NCBI GenBank assembly: GCA_043805415.1
Contig: JAZDHZ010000034.1
Location: forward strand, 101,478-165,477
DNA: 64,000 nucleotides
Reading direction: 5' to 3'
Source of the DNA: Candidatus Omnitrophota bacterium
Lineage (GTDB): Bacteria; Omnitrophota; Gorgyraeia; B26-G9
Positions 1-9,200 of the stretch are shown here, piece by piece. The translations under genes were made by a program, and so were the position numbers. Under the pieces are notes generated by a model. It saw nothing but the letters and a program-made list of their open reading frames with translations, did no database searches and had not been told where the DNA came from. Positions within the stretch are counted from its first letter, which is position 1, and the number at the start of each line of letters is the position of its first letter.

Positions 1-86
1 AGCAGGCGGGAGTTAATAGAATTAATAAAATATTTTTTAAGAAAAAAGCGGATAATTTCATTAAAAGTGTTTACAGAGAATATGAT

Positions 87-614
87 TTGCTAACTGATGA
101 TTATTTTAAAGAGGCAATCCAATGCGCTAAAAAAAATGAGCTGACATTATTAGAAAACAGAAAGTTGCAGGAGGAGGAATTTAGAAAACCATTTAATATC
201 CTTAAGCTGGGCCTAAAAAAATTTATAGTTGAAAGAAAAAGCATTATGCGGATAAAAGCTGAAATCATTGCCGATATTTTAGCAGCTATAGCTCAACCGG
301 ATATTTCTAATATTATTACGTATTATCATATTTTCTATAATAAATTAAATCTATGCAGGACTGTTTTAGCTGTAAAATTATATAAATCAGCTAAAGGAAG
401 CTTGCCGGATAGTTTAGCCTTGCTTGTGCCGGAGTATTTAGAAGAAATTCCCATGGATACCTATAATGACTTCAAGCCATTATCATATATTAAAACAGAA
501 AATACAGCTAAAATATACAGTATTGGACCGGACAGAAAAGATGATTCAGGAGCAATCGAGTTTAAAGAGGAGGATCTCTCTAAGGGAGGAGATATCCTGA
601 TTTCTGTTGAATGA
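87..614 (+). CDS. Hypothetical protein. The reading frame has no stop back to base 3, so the gene may begin upstream of the window (possible 3' end of a longer gene).
   Basis: ORF with TTG at 87. I checked the same frame back to position 3 and found no stop codon. No recognisable motifs. Confidence 0.35.
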   Translation: MLTDDYFKEAIQCAKKNELTLLENRKLQEEEFRKPFNILKLGLKKFIVERKSIMRIKAEIIADILAAIAQPDISNIITYYHIFYNKLNLCRTVLAVKLYKSAKGSLPDSLALLVPEYLEEIPMDTYNDFKPLSYIKTENTAKIYSIGPDRKDDSGAIEFKEEDLSKGGDILISVE

Positions 615-727
615 AAATAAAGAGAAACATTTCTGTAAAATTTTTAAATCAGGAAAACATGATCTTAAAAAACAGCCGGAGCAGTATTTACTTGTAGTTT
701 GATTAAGGAAAATAAATAGGAGAAAGC

Positions 728-1858
728 ATGAAAAATTGTCCAAAGTGCGCGAAAAAGTATGATGATTCATGCGAGGTGTGTCTTAATTGCAATGTGAAAT
801 TAGTCGATGTCAATGTCAGGCTTGCTCAGCTTGAAGCACAGGCCGATGCCCTGCGCCAAGAGGATCAAGGCATTGCTCGGGTGTCAGCAGTTGACCGCAA
901 CTCGTACCTTATCAGGAATGAGCTCAGAGAGATTCCAGCTGAGCTTGCCGGGAAGTTCTATTTCCAGGTTGAATCCCCGGTTGATCTGCCATGTGTCGGC
1001 GATTGGGTAACTGTGCGATATCACAGTAATGACACTGCGGCAATTATCCACGATGTGTTTCCGAGAAAGACCTTTCTCCGCCGTAAATCCGCTGGTGAAA
1101 AGGTGGATTTCCAGATGATTGGAGCCAACATTGATATTGCTTTCATTGTCCAGTCGTGCCATTTTGATTTTAACATGCAGAGAATGGATCGGTACCTGGT
1201 GATGGCAGCAGACGGGGGTGTTGAACCGATTGTTGTTCTTACTAAGACGGATTTGATTAGTTCCGAAGAACTGGAACACAAGCTTGTTGCCATTAAATCA
1301 AGCACCAGTACAGCCAGAGTCCTTGCTCTCAGCAATATCACGGGCAATGGTTTTGACGAATTTCAGCAGGTATTAGTTCCGGGAAAAACATATTGTCTTC
1401 TCGGTTCATCAGGAGTCGGCAAGACTACTCTGATCAACCGCTTGATTGGGCAGGACGCCTTTGACACAAAGGCAGTGAGTGGAACAGGAGAAGGTACGCA
1501 TACAACTGCGCGCCGCCAGCTTATTGTGCTTAAGCAAGGCTCCATGCTTATTGACACCCCAGGAATGCGGGAGCTGGGCCTTCTCGGTGCAGGCGCAGGG
1601 GTCAATCAAGGTTTTCAAGAAATCTTCCGGCTTTCGCTGGATTGTCGTTATCTGAATTGCGGCCATACCCATGAACCCGGTTGCGCGGTTCGAGCCGCGG
1701 TATCAAACGGGGGATTGAATGAAGAGCGCTATTCCAGCTTTATGAAGCTCAAGAAAGAGTCGGAGTTTCACGACATGTCTTACCTGGACAAACGGAAAAA
1801 GGACAGGGCATTCGGACGCTTTGTTAAGACCGCAAAAAAGAATATGAAAAATAAATGA
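728..1858 (+). CDS. rsgA: Ribosome small-subunit-dependent GTPase A (RsgA/YjeQ) with an extra N-terminal C4 zinc ribbon
   Basis: Walker A LLGSSGVGKTTLINRL and DTPGMRE; circularly permuted GTPase layout with a C-terminal zinc finger C..C.H.H..C (CRYLNCGHTHEPGCAV). N-terminus CPKCAKKYDDSCEVCLNC is an added zinc ribbon. AGGAGA RBS sits 6 nt upstream. Confidence 0.9.
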   Translation: MKNCPKCAKKYDDSCEVCLNCNVKLVDVNVRLAQLEAQADALRQEDQGIARVSAVDRNSYLIRNELREIPAELAGKFYFQVESPVDLPCVGDWVTVRYHSNDTAAIIHDVFPRKTFLRRKSAGEKVDFQMIGANIDIAFIVQSCHFDFNMQRMDRYLVMAADGGVEPIVVLTKTDLISSEELEHKLVAIKSSTSTARVLALSNITGNGFDEFQQVLVPGKTYCLLGSSGVGKTTLINRLIGQDAFDTKAVSGTGEGTHTTARRQLIVLKQGSMLIDTPGMRELGLLGAGAGVNQGFQEIFRLSLDCRYLNCGHTHEPGCAVRAAVSNGGLNEERYSSFMKLKKESEFHDMSYLDKRKKDRAFGRFVKTAKKNMKNK

Positions 1859-1925
1859 CGTGTGTCGAACAATCAGCTCCAGCGGACGCGCGCGGCTGAC
1901 CCATGTTTCTTAAACGAGAAAATAA

Positions 1926-2903
1926 ATGATGAAAACAAAAACAATTACAGTATTAGTAATGGCTTTTATCTTTGTTTCTGCAGGATTAGTTTTTCCTGAT
2001 TCTACCCAGGTAAAAGGAAAACCGCTTCCAGGTAAAATATTACTGATTGTGGGCCAGGACAACAAAACAATAGATGCGTATATTGAATCAACGGGAATAG
2101 TGCCCGGGGGATTCATGGGATATACTTCTATTCAGAAAATGGAAGGGCTCAATAGTCCTTCACCAGACTATGGGTCAGGTATTTTTTACGCGGATGAACT
2201 TATTCAAAAATACCCCAATACGGTTTTGCAGATCGGCTTATATATGGTAGATGGCCTGGAATCAACGTACCAGGGAGTATATGACGATAATATTAAAATA
2301 TTGGCAGATTGGTTGAAAAAAATAAATATCCCGGTATTCTTACGTATTGGCTATGAATGTGAAGGAATGCATAACCATTATGATCCCGAAAACTATAAGA
2401 AAGCTTACTGTTACTTGGTAGATAAATTGAAAGCTGCCGGCATTGGTAACGCGGTGTATGTATGGCATTTGCACGCGCACAGGACAGATACCAACCTTGA
2501 TCTTTGGTACCCGGGAAAAGATTATGTTGATTGGGTAGGTATTTCTTACTTCGCGCAAGACCCTAAAGCAATGGAACATGTAGTTAACTTCGCGAGAAAA
2601 GAGAATAAACCTGTGATGATTGCTGAATCTACCCCCTTAGGAGTAGGAACTATATGGGGAGAAATGTCCTGGAAAAGATGGTTTGAACGTTTTTTCCAGC
2701 TTATCGACGAATATGACATTAAAGCAGTCAGCTATATTAACAGCAATTGGGAAGAACAATCTATGTGGAAAGATCAAGGCTGGGGTGACGCGCGGATTCA
2801 AGCTAATTCCTATATAAAAGAACAGTGGCTCAAAGAAATCAGCAAAGATAAATATCTTAAATCATCCAAAGATTTATTTAGAAACCTGGGATTTGCTAAT
2901 TAA
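1926..2903 (+). CDS. Secreted glycoside hydrolase, clan GH-A TIM barrel, GH26-like (mannanase-like)
   Basis: N-terminal signal peptide. PVFLRIGYECEGM resembles the GH26 acid/base region (LRFAHEMN); MIAESTP resembles the nucleophile strand (ITE). Family assignment is tentative. Confidence 0.5.
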   Translation: MMKTKTITVLVMAFIFVSAGLVFPDSTQVKGKPLPGKILLIVGQDNKTIDAYIESTGIVPGGFMGYTSIQKMEGLNSPSPDYGSGIFYADELIQKYPNTVLQIGLYMVDGLESTYQGVYDDNIKILADWLKKINIPVFLRIGYECEGMHNHYDPENYKKAYCYLVDKLKAAGIGNAVYVWHLHAHRTDTNLDLWYPGKDYVDWVGISYFAQDPKAMEHVVNFARKENKPVMIAESTPLGVGTIWGEMSWKRWFERFFQLIDEYDIKAVSYINSNWEEQSMWKDQGWGDARIQANSYIKEQWLKEISKDKYLKSSKDLFRNLGFAN

Positions 2904-3056
2904 ATATCGAACAATTTTATCCGCCTGACTTTTTCCGCGTTTTCTTTGCTCCAAAAACAGAGAAGACTTGCTAACCCTAATCATTGGCATAAATTAGAGA
3001 AATAGTGTATAGTTAGGCAATATGTTTTGCGGATTACTTTAGAAAAAGCGGGAATC

Positions 3057-3809
3057 ATGGTTATGAAAAATATTGTTATAGGCTTTATTTTGCTGATTAG
3101 TGTGTGTGTTGGCAACTGCTTTGCCCTGGATGCTCTGTCTCCGCGTTTGAGTCTGGATAAAACTACTTTTCAGGGATACTTGCTTAAACCTCAATTGGAG
3201 CTGCTAAAAACCGCTCAGGAATTTACCGCGGAATCTCCGAGTCCGGCGGATAAACTGGGTAAAGTTATTTTTCGAGTAAATCTTAATGGAGAAAAACTAA
3301 TTGTCCGCAAGCGCGTAGAAGATTACGGCGATGAGGTGGAAGTTCATCATGCCTTGACCCGGGTAGAGGCCAAGGGCAGGGAAAAATACTTAGGACAATG
3401 CTGGTACACTATTGATGATGTTCAGGCTGTGTTGCAGGAATCCTATGATATGACTCCTGCTGTGCGGATTGAAGACAAAGACAAAGGCAAAGGATATGGC
3501 AGCGTGCTTTTTGCCGCGGTTATTGAAAACGCTGGGCAAAATGGAATTAATCGCTTTCTTATTTACCAGCCGACAACTTCTTTGTACGAAAAATTCGGAT
3601 TTGAGGAAATTGGTGATTATGGCCTGTCTTATAAAAACCTCAAGCCAGATGATCCATCCGCGTTTAGCATAGCGCGGGATTTGGCTGGGCAGCGCGGCAA
3701 ATTACTTAGTGTTGAAGGCATGTTTTTATTTGCCTTAAAAACCGCGCGGCAGCCGATAGCTAAGTTGCAGTTTGAGATAGTAAATGATGTTCTCGATGGT
3801 TCAGTCTGA
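3057..3809 (+). CDS. Secreted GNAT-family N-acetyltransferase-like protein
   Basis: Signal peptide then DALSPRLSL motif. GKGYGSVLFAAVIENAGQNGINRFLI matches the GNAT acetyl-CoA-binding motif A (Q/R-x-x-G-x-G/A). Confidence 0.45.
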   Translation: MVMKNIVIGFILLISVCVGNCFALDALSPRLSLDKTTFQGYLLKPQLELLKTAQEFTAESPSPADKLGKVIFRVNLNGEKLIVRKRVEDYGDEVEVHHALTRVEAKGREKYLGQCWYTIDDVQAVLQESYDMTPAVRIEDKDKGKGYGSVLFAAVIENAGQNGINRFLIYQPTTSLYEKFGFEEIGDYGLSYKNLKPDDPSAFSIARDLAGQRGKLLSVEGMFLFALKTARQPIAKLQFEIVNDVLDGSV

Positions 3810-3959
3810 TCCACGCCTTGTGCTGGTTCAAGCAGTAAGATATAATCAAAGTTTTCCTTCCGCGATGATTTTCCAAAGCAAAACAAGCCAGTTTCCTTTT
3901 ATCGGTTTTTAAGGTAAAATAAGATTAACCAGCGGAGAAGTCGGACGGGTCAAAAAAAT

Positions 3960-4424
3960 ATGCTGATGAACCTATACATTGACGGCGATGCTTTTCCCAA
4001 TAGTCTGAAGCAAATTTTATTTCGGGCGATTGAACGCTTTGCTTTGCCGACATTTGTAATCTCAAACAAGCGGATCAATATTGGAAATTCAAAGCACATA
4101 AATTATATTATTGTTGACGCTGGACCTGATGAAGCTGACCAGCGGATTGTGGAAATGGCTGAAGAAGGGGATCTGATCATTACCGCGGATATTCCTTTAG
4201 CTGACAAAGTGATAACAAAAAAAGCTTATGCCTTAGACCACCGCGGAAAGTTTTTCAGCGAGGATAATATCAAATACTATTTATCCATGCGTAATCTGAT
4301 GCAAGAGATCCGGGATAATGGGATGATGACTAAAGGCCCGGCGGCTTTTAGCCAAAAAGACGCGCATGAATTTGCTAATCAATTGAACCAATTTTTAATA
4401 GAGCAAAAACAGCTTAGGGGATAG
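3960..4424 (+). CDS. yaiI: UPF0178 / YaiI (DUF188) family protein
   Basis: Aligns along its length to YaiI: [23 protein letters not shown] ... [46 protein letters not shown] versus E. coli YaiI ...[46 protein letters not shown]. Confidence 0.75.
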   Translation: [154 protein letters not shown]

Positions 4425-4484
4425 AAGCTGGAAGAATAGAAATGTGCTAAGCATTGAATGTAATAATAATTGAAAGGGACAAAA

Positions 4485-5399
4485 ATGTCAGCAGAATGCG
4501 TGTATCCTCTGGACAATGAGACGCTTGAGTTATTTGCGGGAACACAGAATCCACAGGGTTTTAATCCTAATGCAGTTAAGATAAGACGGATTATGCAGAT
4601 TACCCGCGACTTGGCAAAAAAGCCTTTTGATCAGCTAAAGATTCTGGACTTAGCCTGCGGCCAGGGTGTTTATGCTATTGAAGCAGCATTGCGAGGCGCA
4701 AAGGTATTAGCCATTGATGCCAGAACTGAGCGGATGAACCAAGGAATAAAAATCGCGGAAAGTCTTAAACTTAAGAATCTTAAGTTTGAGCAGGTTGATG
4801 TCCGCGAGGTTAATCTTGCCTTAAAGGGAAGTTTTGATGTTGTGTTTTTCCTGGGGATTTTGTATCATCTTGATAAAAGCGATATATTTACTGTTTTAAA
4901 GAATATTTATGATATCTGCCAAGAGTTTATGATTATTGATACGCATATCTCCTTAAACGGAGAGCAGACAGTTGAGTATAAGGGACAGATATACTATGGT
5001 AAACAGGTGCGTGAGCATGATAATCGGGATTCAGCTGATATCCGGAGAAACAGATTATTATCTTCATTGGATAATGAAATGAGTTTCTGGTTTACCAAAC
5101 AGTCTTTATTTAAACTGCTTAATGATCTTGGGTTCACTAGTGTCTGTGAGTGCATGGTGCCGCTGGAACCGCTTAAGCCGCAAGATAGGATTTCGCTTAT
5201 TGCTTTTAAGGGAGAACCAGTAAAAATTTCCGCATATCCCTGGATCAATGGAAAAAGCGAGGATGAAATAAAGCGGATTCTCGCTGATGCGGAGGACATG
5301 TCTCGCGGGAAAAATAAAAAAACCGGGGTCAAAGGATTTATTAAATCCTTAATCAATGGGATATTGAATTGGTTTGGACTGGAGATTAGGCGGCTGTAA
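4485..5399 (+). CDS. Class I SAM-dependent methyltransferase
   Basis: Motif I ILDLACGQGVYAIEAA followed by KVLAIDAR and a DVVFF motif II-like acidic strand. I chose the ATG at 4485 (preceded by AAAGGGA) over the TTG at 4470. Confidence 0.6.
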   Translation: MSAECVYPLDNETLELFAGTQNPQGFNPNAVKIRRIMQITRDLAKKPFDQLKILDLACGQGVYAIEAALRGAKVLAIDARTERMNQGIKIAESLKLKNLKFEQVDVREVNLALKGSFDVVFFLGILYHLDKSDIFTVLKNIYDICQEFMIIDTHISLNGEQTVEYKGQIYYGKQVREHDNRDSADIRRNRLLSSLDNEMSFWFTKQSLFKLLNDLGFTSVCECMVPLEPLKPQDRISLIAFKGEPVKISAYPWINGKSEDEIKRILADAEDMSRGKNKKTGVKGFIKSLINGILNWFGLEIRRL

Positions 5400-5455
5400 G
5401 ATTGAATGGATCGCAACCCGCTGCAAAATAGCGTTGATCAAATATTATCTGAGCG

Positions 5456-5926
5456 GTGAGACCTTTGAGCTTGTCGGCATTTCAGAACCTTGCTCAGAAA
5501 ATCGGAATTAAAACCACGCGGCTGTGGATTAAAAAAATCAGCTATGGCAATCAGGATATATCCGCGGGAATCGACTGTTTCTGGCTTGCAGCCAAAGCTA
5601 GGAAGACGATTCTTATTTCGCCAATGGAACAGGCGCAGTTAATGTCTAGGCTTATTTCCGGGAACACGGCTTTTTCCGCTAAATCAATCGCTGTACTCAA
5701 GGAAATGATGCGAACTAAACAGACAGAACAGGGAACTGTTTATGGAAAAACCGGTTCTGGTGTAAATGAAACCGGCAGCTATGATTTGGGATGGTATGTT
5801 GGTTTTGTGGAAAACAAACAAAAAACATATGCCTTTGCTTGTCTGGTCAAAGGGGATAATCTTATGGGAAAAGACGCCAAAGAGATTGTGGAAACAGTTT
5901 TTTTCAACAAGGCTGATTATAAATAA
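5456..5926 (+). pseudogene. 3' remnant of a class D (OXA-like) beta-lactamase / BlaR1-sensor-type penicillin-binding domain; the N-terminal half with the STFK active-site serine is missing
   Basis: FQNLAQKIGIKTTRLWIKKISYGNQDISAGIDCFWL parallels OXA-10 [38 protein letters not shown] (YGN motif). KTGSG (KTG motif) and GWYVGFVE (W-x-x-G) are also present. The ORF begins at a GTG only 57 nt after the upstream gene stop, leaving no room for the first 110-130 residues. Confidence 0.6.
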
Positions 5927-6156
5927 TCGCGGAAAATATTGTTTCGCTGATTTTTAATATCTGCAAATATGGAAAAAAGATGTATTTTGATTAATAATTG
6001 TTTTATTATCCTTGCCTGAAAATACCCTGGAGTTAATAAAAACAGCAAAGAACAATAAACCCAGCCATGTTTTACTCTTATAATAAACCTAATACCTTAG
6101 TCATAACTAACTAAAAATAAAAGAGTAGTGTTTATTATAAAAAGCTCGCTAGTCCA

Positions 6157-6185
6157 TTGAAAAACATTGTTTTATGTGGTATACT
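6157..6185 (+). promoter_or_regulatory. Sigma70-type promoter for the giant amylomaltase-fusion gene
   Basis: TTGAAA at 6157-6162, 17-nt spacer, extended -10 TGgTATACT at 6177-6185. The gene starts about 70 nt downstream behind an AGGAG RBS. Confidence 0.55.
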
Positions 6186-6255
6186 TTCACGGTTTTTATA
6201 ATTTTTTATAACTCTAAATATGTCGGCTTGTTAGGTTAAGGTCAAAGGAGTAAAA

Positions 6256-9200
6256 ATGTTTTTTAGAAAAAGAAATAGTTATCGCGTTAAAATCACAACT
6301 TTTATTATTTTACAGTGTTTTATAATTATAAATAGTCAAAGTATTTTTGCCCAGGAACAGCGGATTGTTTTAAGCCGCCAGCAAACAAGTACTCTTTCTC
6401 CGCACTTAAGCATCGGAATGAACTTGATTCAAGCAATTTTTTCCGAAAAAAGTCAACAGCCGATTGCCGCATCCAATCTTCCCGGAACACTGATATCATT
6501 GCGTGATACCGGAAGTATCAAAGAATTATTAAGCGGCAAAGACGTATTTTTGAATGACCTTTGGGCTAGAAAAACCTTAGGAGTACCCACGGCAATCAGT
6601 AGCCTGCGCAGTGAAGATAATAATTTTGATTTATGGGATTGGGGAAAAGGGGACATGGGTGAATCCAGCCGCCAGCATATTTTATGGTTAGCCAAGAATG
6701 GCTTTTCCCGCTGGATGCGCTTACCTAACCGGAAAACCCGGGCTTTATTCGGAGACCCCAGCCCCTATGCTTCACGCAGCGCGTTTGCCGGGGAAGATTC
6801 GGATATTGCTGTGCCGGAAGTGGAGGAATTTATTAATTCAAAACAAGCGCAGGCTTGGTATGAGCAAAATAAAAACCGGATTAAGGATTTACATAATGCG
6901 AATAGAGTAAATGGAATGGAAGTAGCGAGATTGAAAAATGAGGCTTTGTGGCTGGCAATGGAGTATTTTAAAGAAAATCATTTAAATAAAAATACTTCGC
7001 GCGGTAAAGCTTTTGATAGTTTTTTAAATGATAAAGATAATGACTGGGTAAGTGAATACGCGGAATATATGGCCATAAGCGAATATTACTGGGATACAAA
7101 AAAAGCTGTTTTTTTTGAGATAAATGAAGATATCTGGTCAAACATCGACCAAAAATTAAAAGGCCTGGTGCATGACCTGAACGTGGCCATAAGCACTGAT
7201 AAAATTAAAGATGTCGGGCGTTTATATGAAATGATTGATGATTTTTTCGCGCAGTATTACCAGAATAGTATTGTGGCAAACGAAACCGATATCTTTAGAT
7301 TGAATATTTATCAGTCATTGCTGGACAAAATAAAACAGGGAATTTTAAAAGACCTTGTGCGGGGCAATATTAAATCGCTTGTTGAGGCAGATGAACCGGA
7401 ATGCGCGAAAATACTTTTGGATGGTTATGAGCGTTCCAAACAAGCGTTTCGCTATGATATCAAAGACGCGATTGGCCAGGAATGTATGGCTGACTGGAGA
7501 AATTGGGACAATGCCGGATTGGTGGAGCGCGATCCTATTGTTTTAGCCCAATTCCGGGAAAAACTGGAAGATAAAATATTGTTTCATAAGTACGCGCAGT
7601 TTATTTTTAATGAGCAGGAAAAAAACATGAAAGAATTTGCCAACAGCAATGGCATTGCCATAGAAGGAGATATTCCTTTTTATGTGTCAACCATAAGCTG
7701 TGAAACCTGGGTGTATAAAGATAAGATATTCCGGCTTGATCCGAAAAACCGCTATCAGCAGATGGCTGACAGCGGAGCGCCGCCAGACCAGTATGACCGC
7801 GAATACGGACAAAACTGGGGCGGGACTCCTTATTATATAAATGCGGCGTTTAAGCAATTTTTCTATAAACGCACAAAACATGAATTAAAGAACGCGGATG
7901 GTATCAGGATTGATCACTTCCGGGCGCTTAATGATTTCTGGGTAATTCCTCATGGCAAGCTTGGCCGGGACGGTAAGTTTGAAGATGGGCCAAAAGATGA
8001 ATTATTGCAGCCTTTGCTTAATCTGGCATTGGGACAGTTTAAACGTTTTTTTGCCGAAGATCTGGGCTCATATCTGGAAGGAGTCTGGGATCTGATGCGG
8101 GATAATGAAGTTAAGGGCTTTCGGGTAGCGATATTCGGCCATGGTGATGATGATGACATAGTTCATCGGCAATATTCCGGGCAGATTGCTTTTTCCGGCA
8201 CGCATGATACTCAGACCTGGTTTGGCGCTTGGAATCAATGGGATAGTGTTAAACGGAGAATATTCCTGGACAGGTTTACGCATGATGATATTCCGGAGAT
8301 TTGGCAGCGCTTAACATCTGAACAGAGAAAAGGGTTTTTAAAATACCTTAATTATTTAGTAAAGCAGTTAAAAGCAGATACAGCAAACATAAACAAACAT
8401 AGCGAGTTTCAATCTGAAAGCAAAGATTTTTTCACAGAGAATAATTTTAAAACGCAGTTGAAAAAAGTCCGCGTTATTACAAGGAGTTTGGTTGATCTTG
8501 AAGAATTGCCATTTGGCGTGCAAACCGCTGTTTTCGGAATCCTGGCTTTTTCCGAAGCAGATACAGTATTTCTGCCGATGCAGGATATATTCCGGCAGGG
8601 TGAAGAGTTTCGGATAAATGTTCCGGGCAGGCCCGGAGATTGGGGCTACCGCCATCCTTATACCGGACAGGAATTGAATAAAGCAATAAATGAAGAAATA
8701 AAAAAAGCTGATGAATTAATGCGGCTGCTGGCGCAAACTTCCGGCCGGGATGTTAGCGTGCCTTTGTACAAAAAAGGCCAAGGCGTGCATATTCTGGGTG
8801 TTTCTCCGGGTGTTAATGCCAAGAAGATGTGCAAACCAGGCGAGGAGTTTATTATCTGGGCGGCAGTACAGGGTGATAAACCAGCTAAGGTTAATCTGCT
8901 GACAAATATGCCTGAGCATAATGGCGCGTATCCTAAAGAACAGGCAGTGGCCATGGAATTAGTAAAAGAATTAAAGAGCGGAACCTATCTTTATGGAGTA
9001 AGAATAAGAGCAACACAGCCAGGCAAATGGGGAGTCGCGGTTGAGGCGGATAATGTAAGAGCCGGAGAGGTTAAGGAGAATACCAGTCTGGTTGTAAGCG
9101 CTTTGGATAAAATAGCGCCTTTGGCTAAAGAACAAGAAGCTGTGCTGCGGATCGCGGCCGGGATTTCCAAGGAAAAACTGCAAAGGATTTTAAATGAGTT

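Noticed and set aside
5766-5957. Plus-strand ORF overlapping the beta-lactamase fragment in another frame
   Set aside because: It is embedded in a frame with clear homology and has no motifs of its own.
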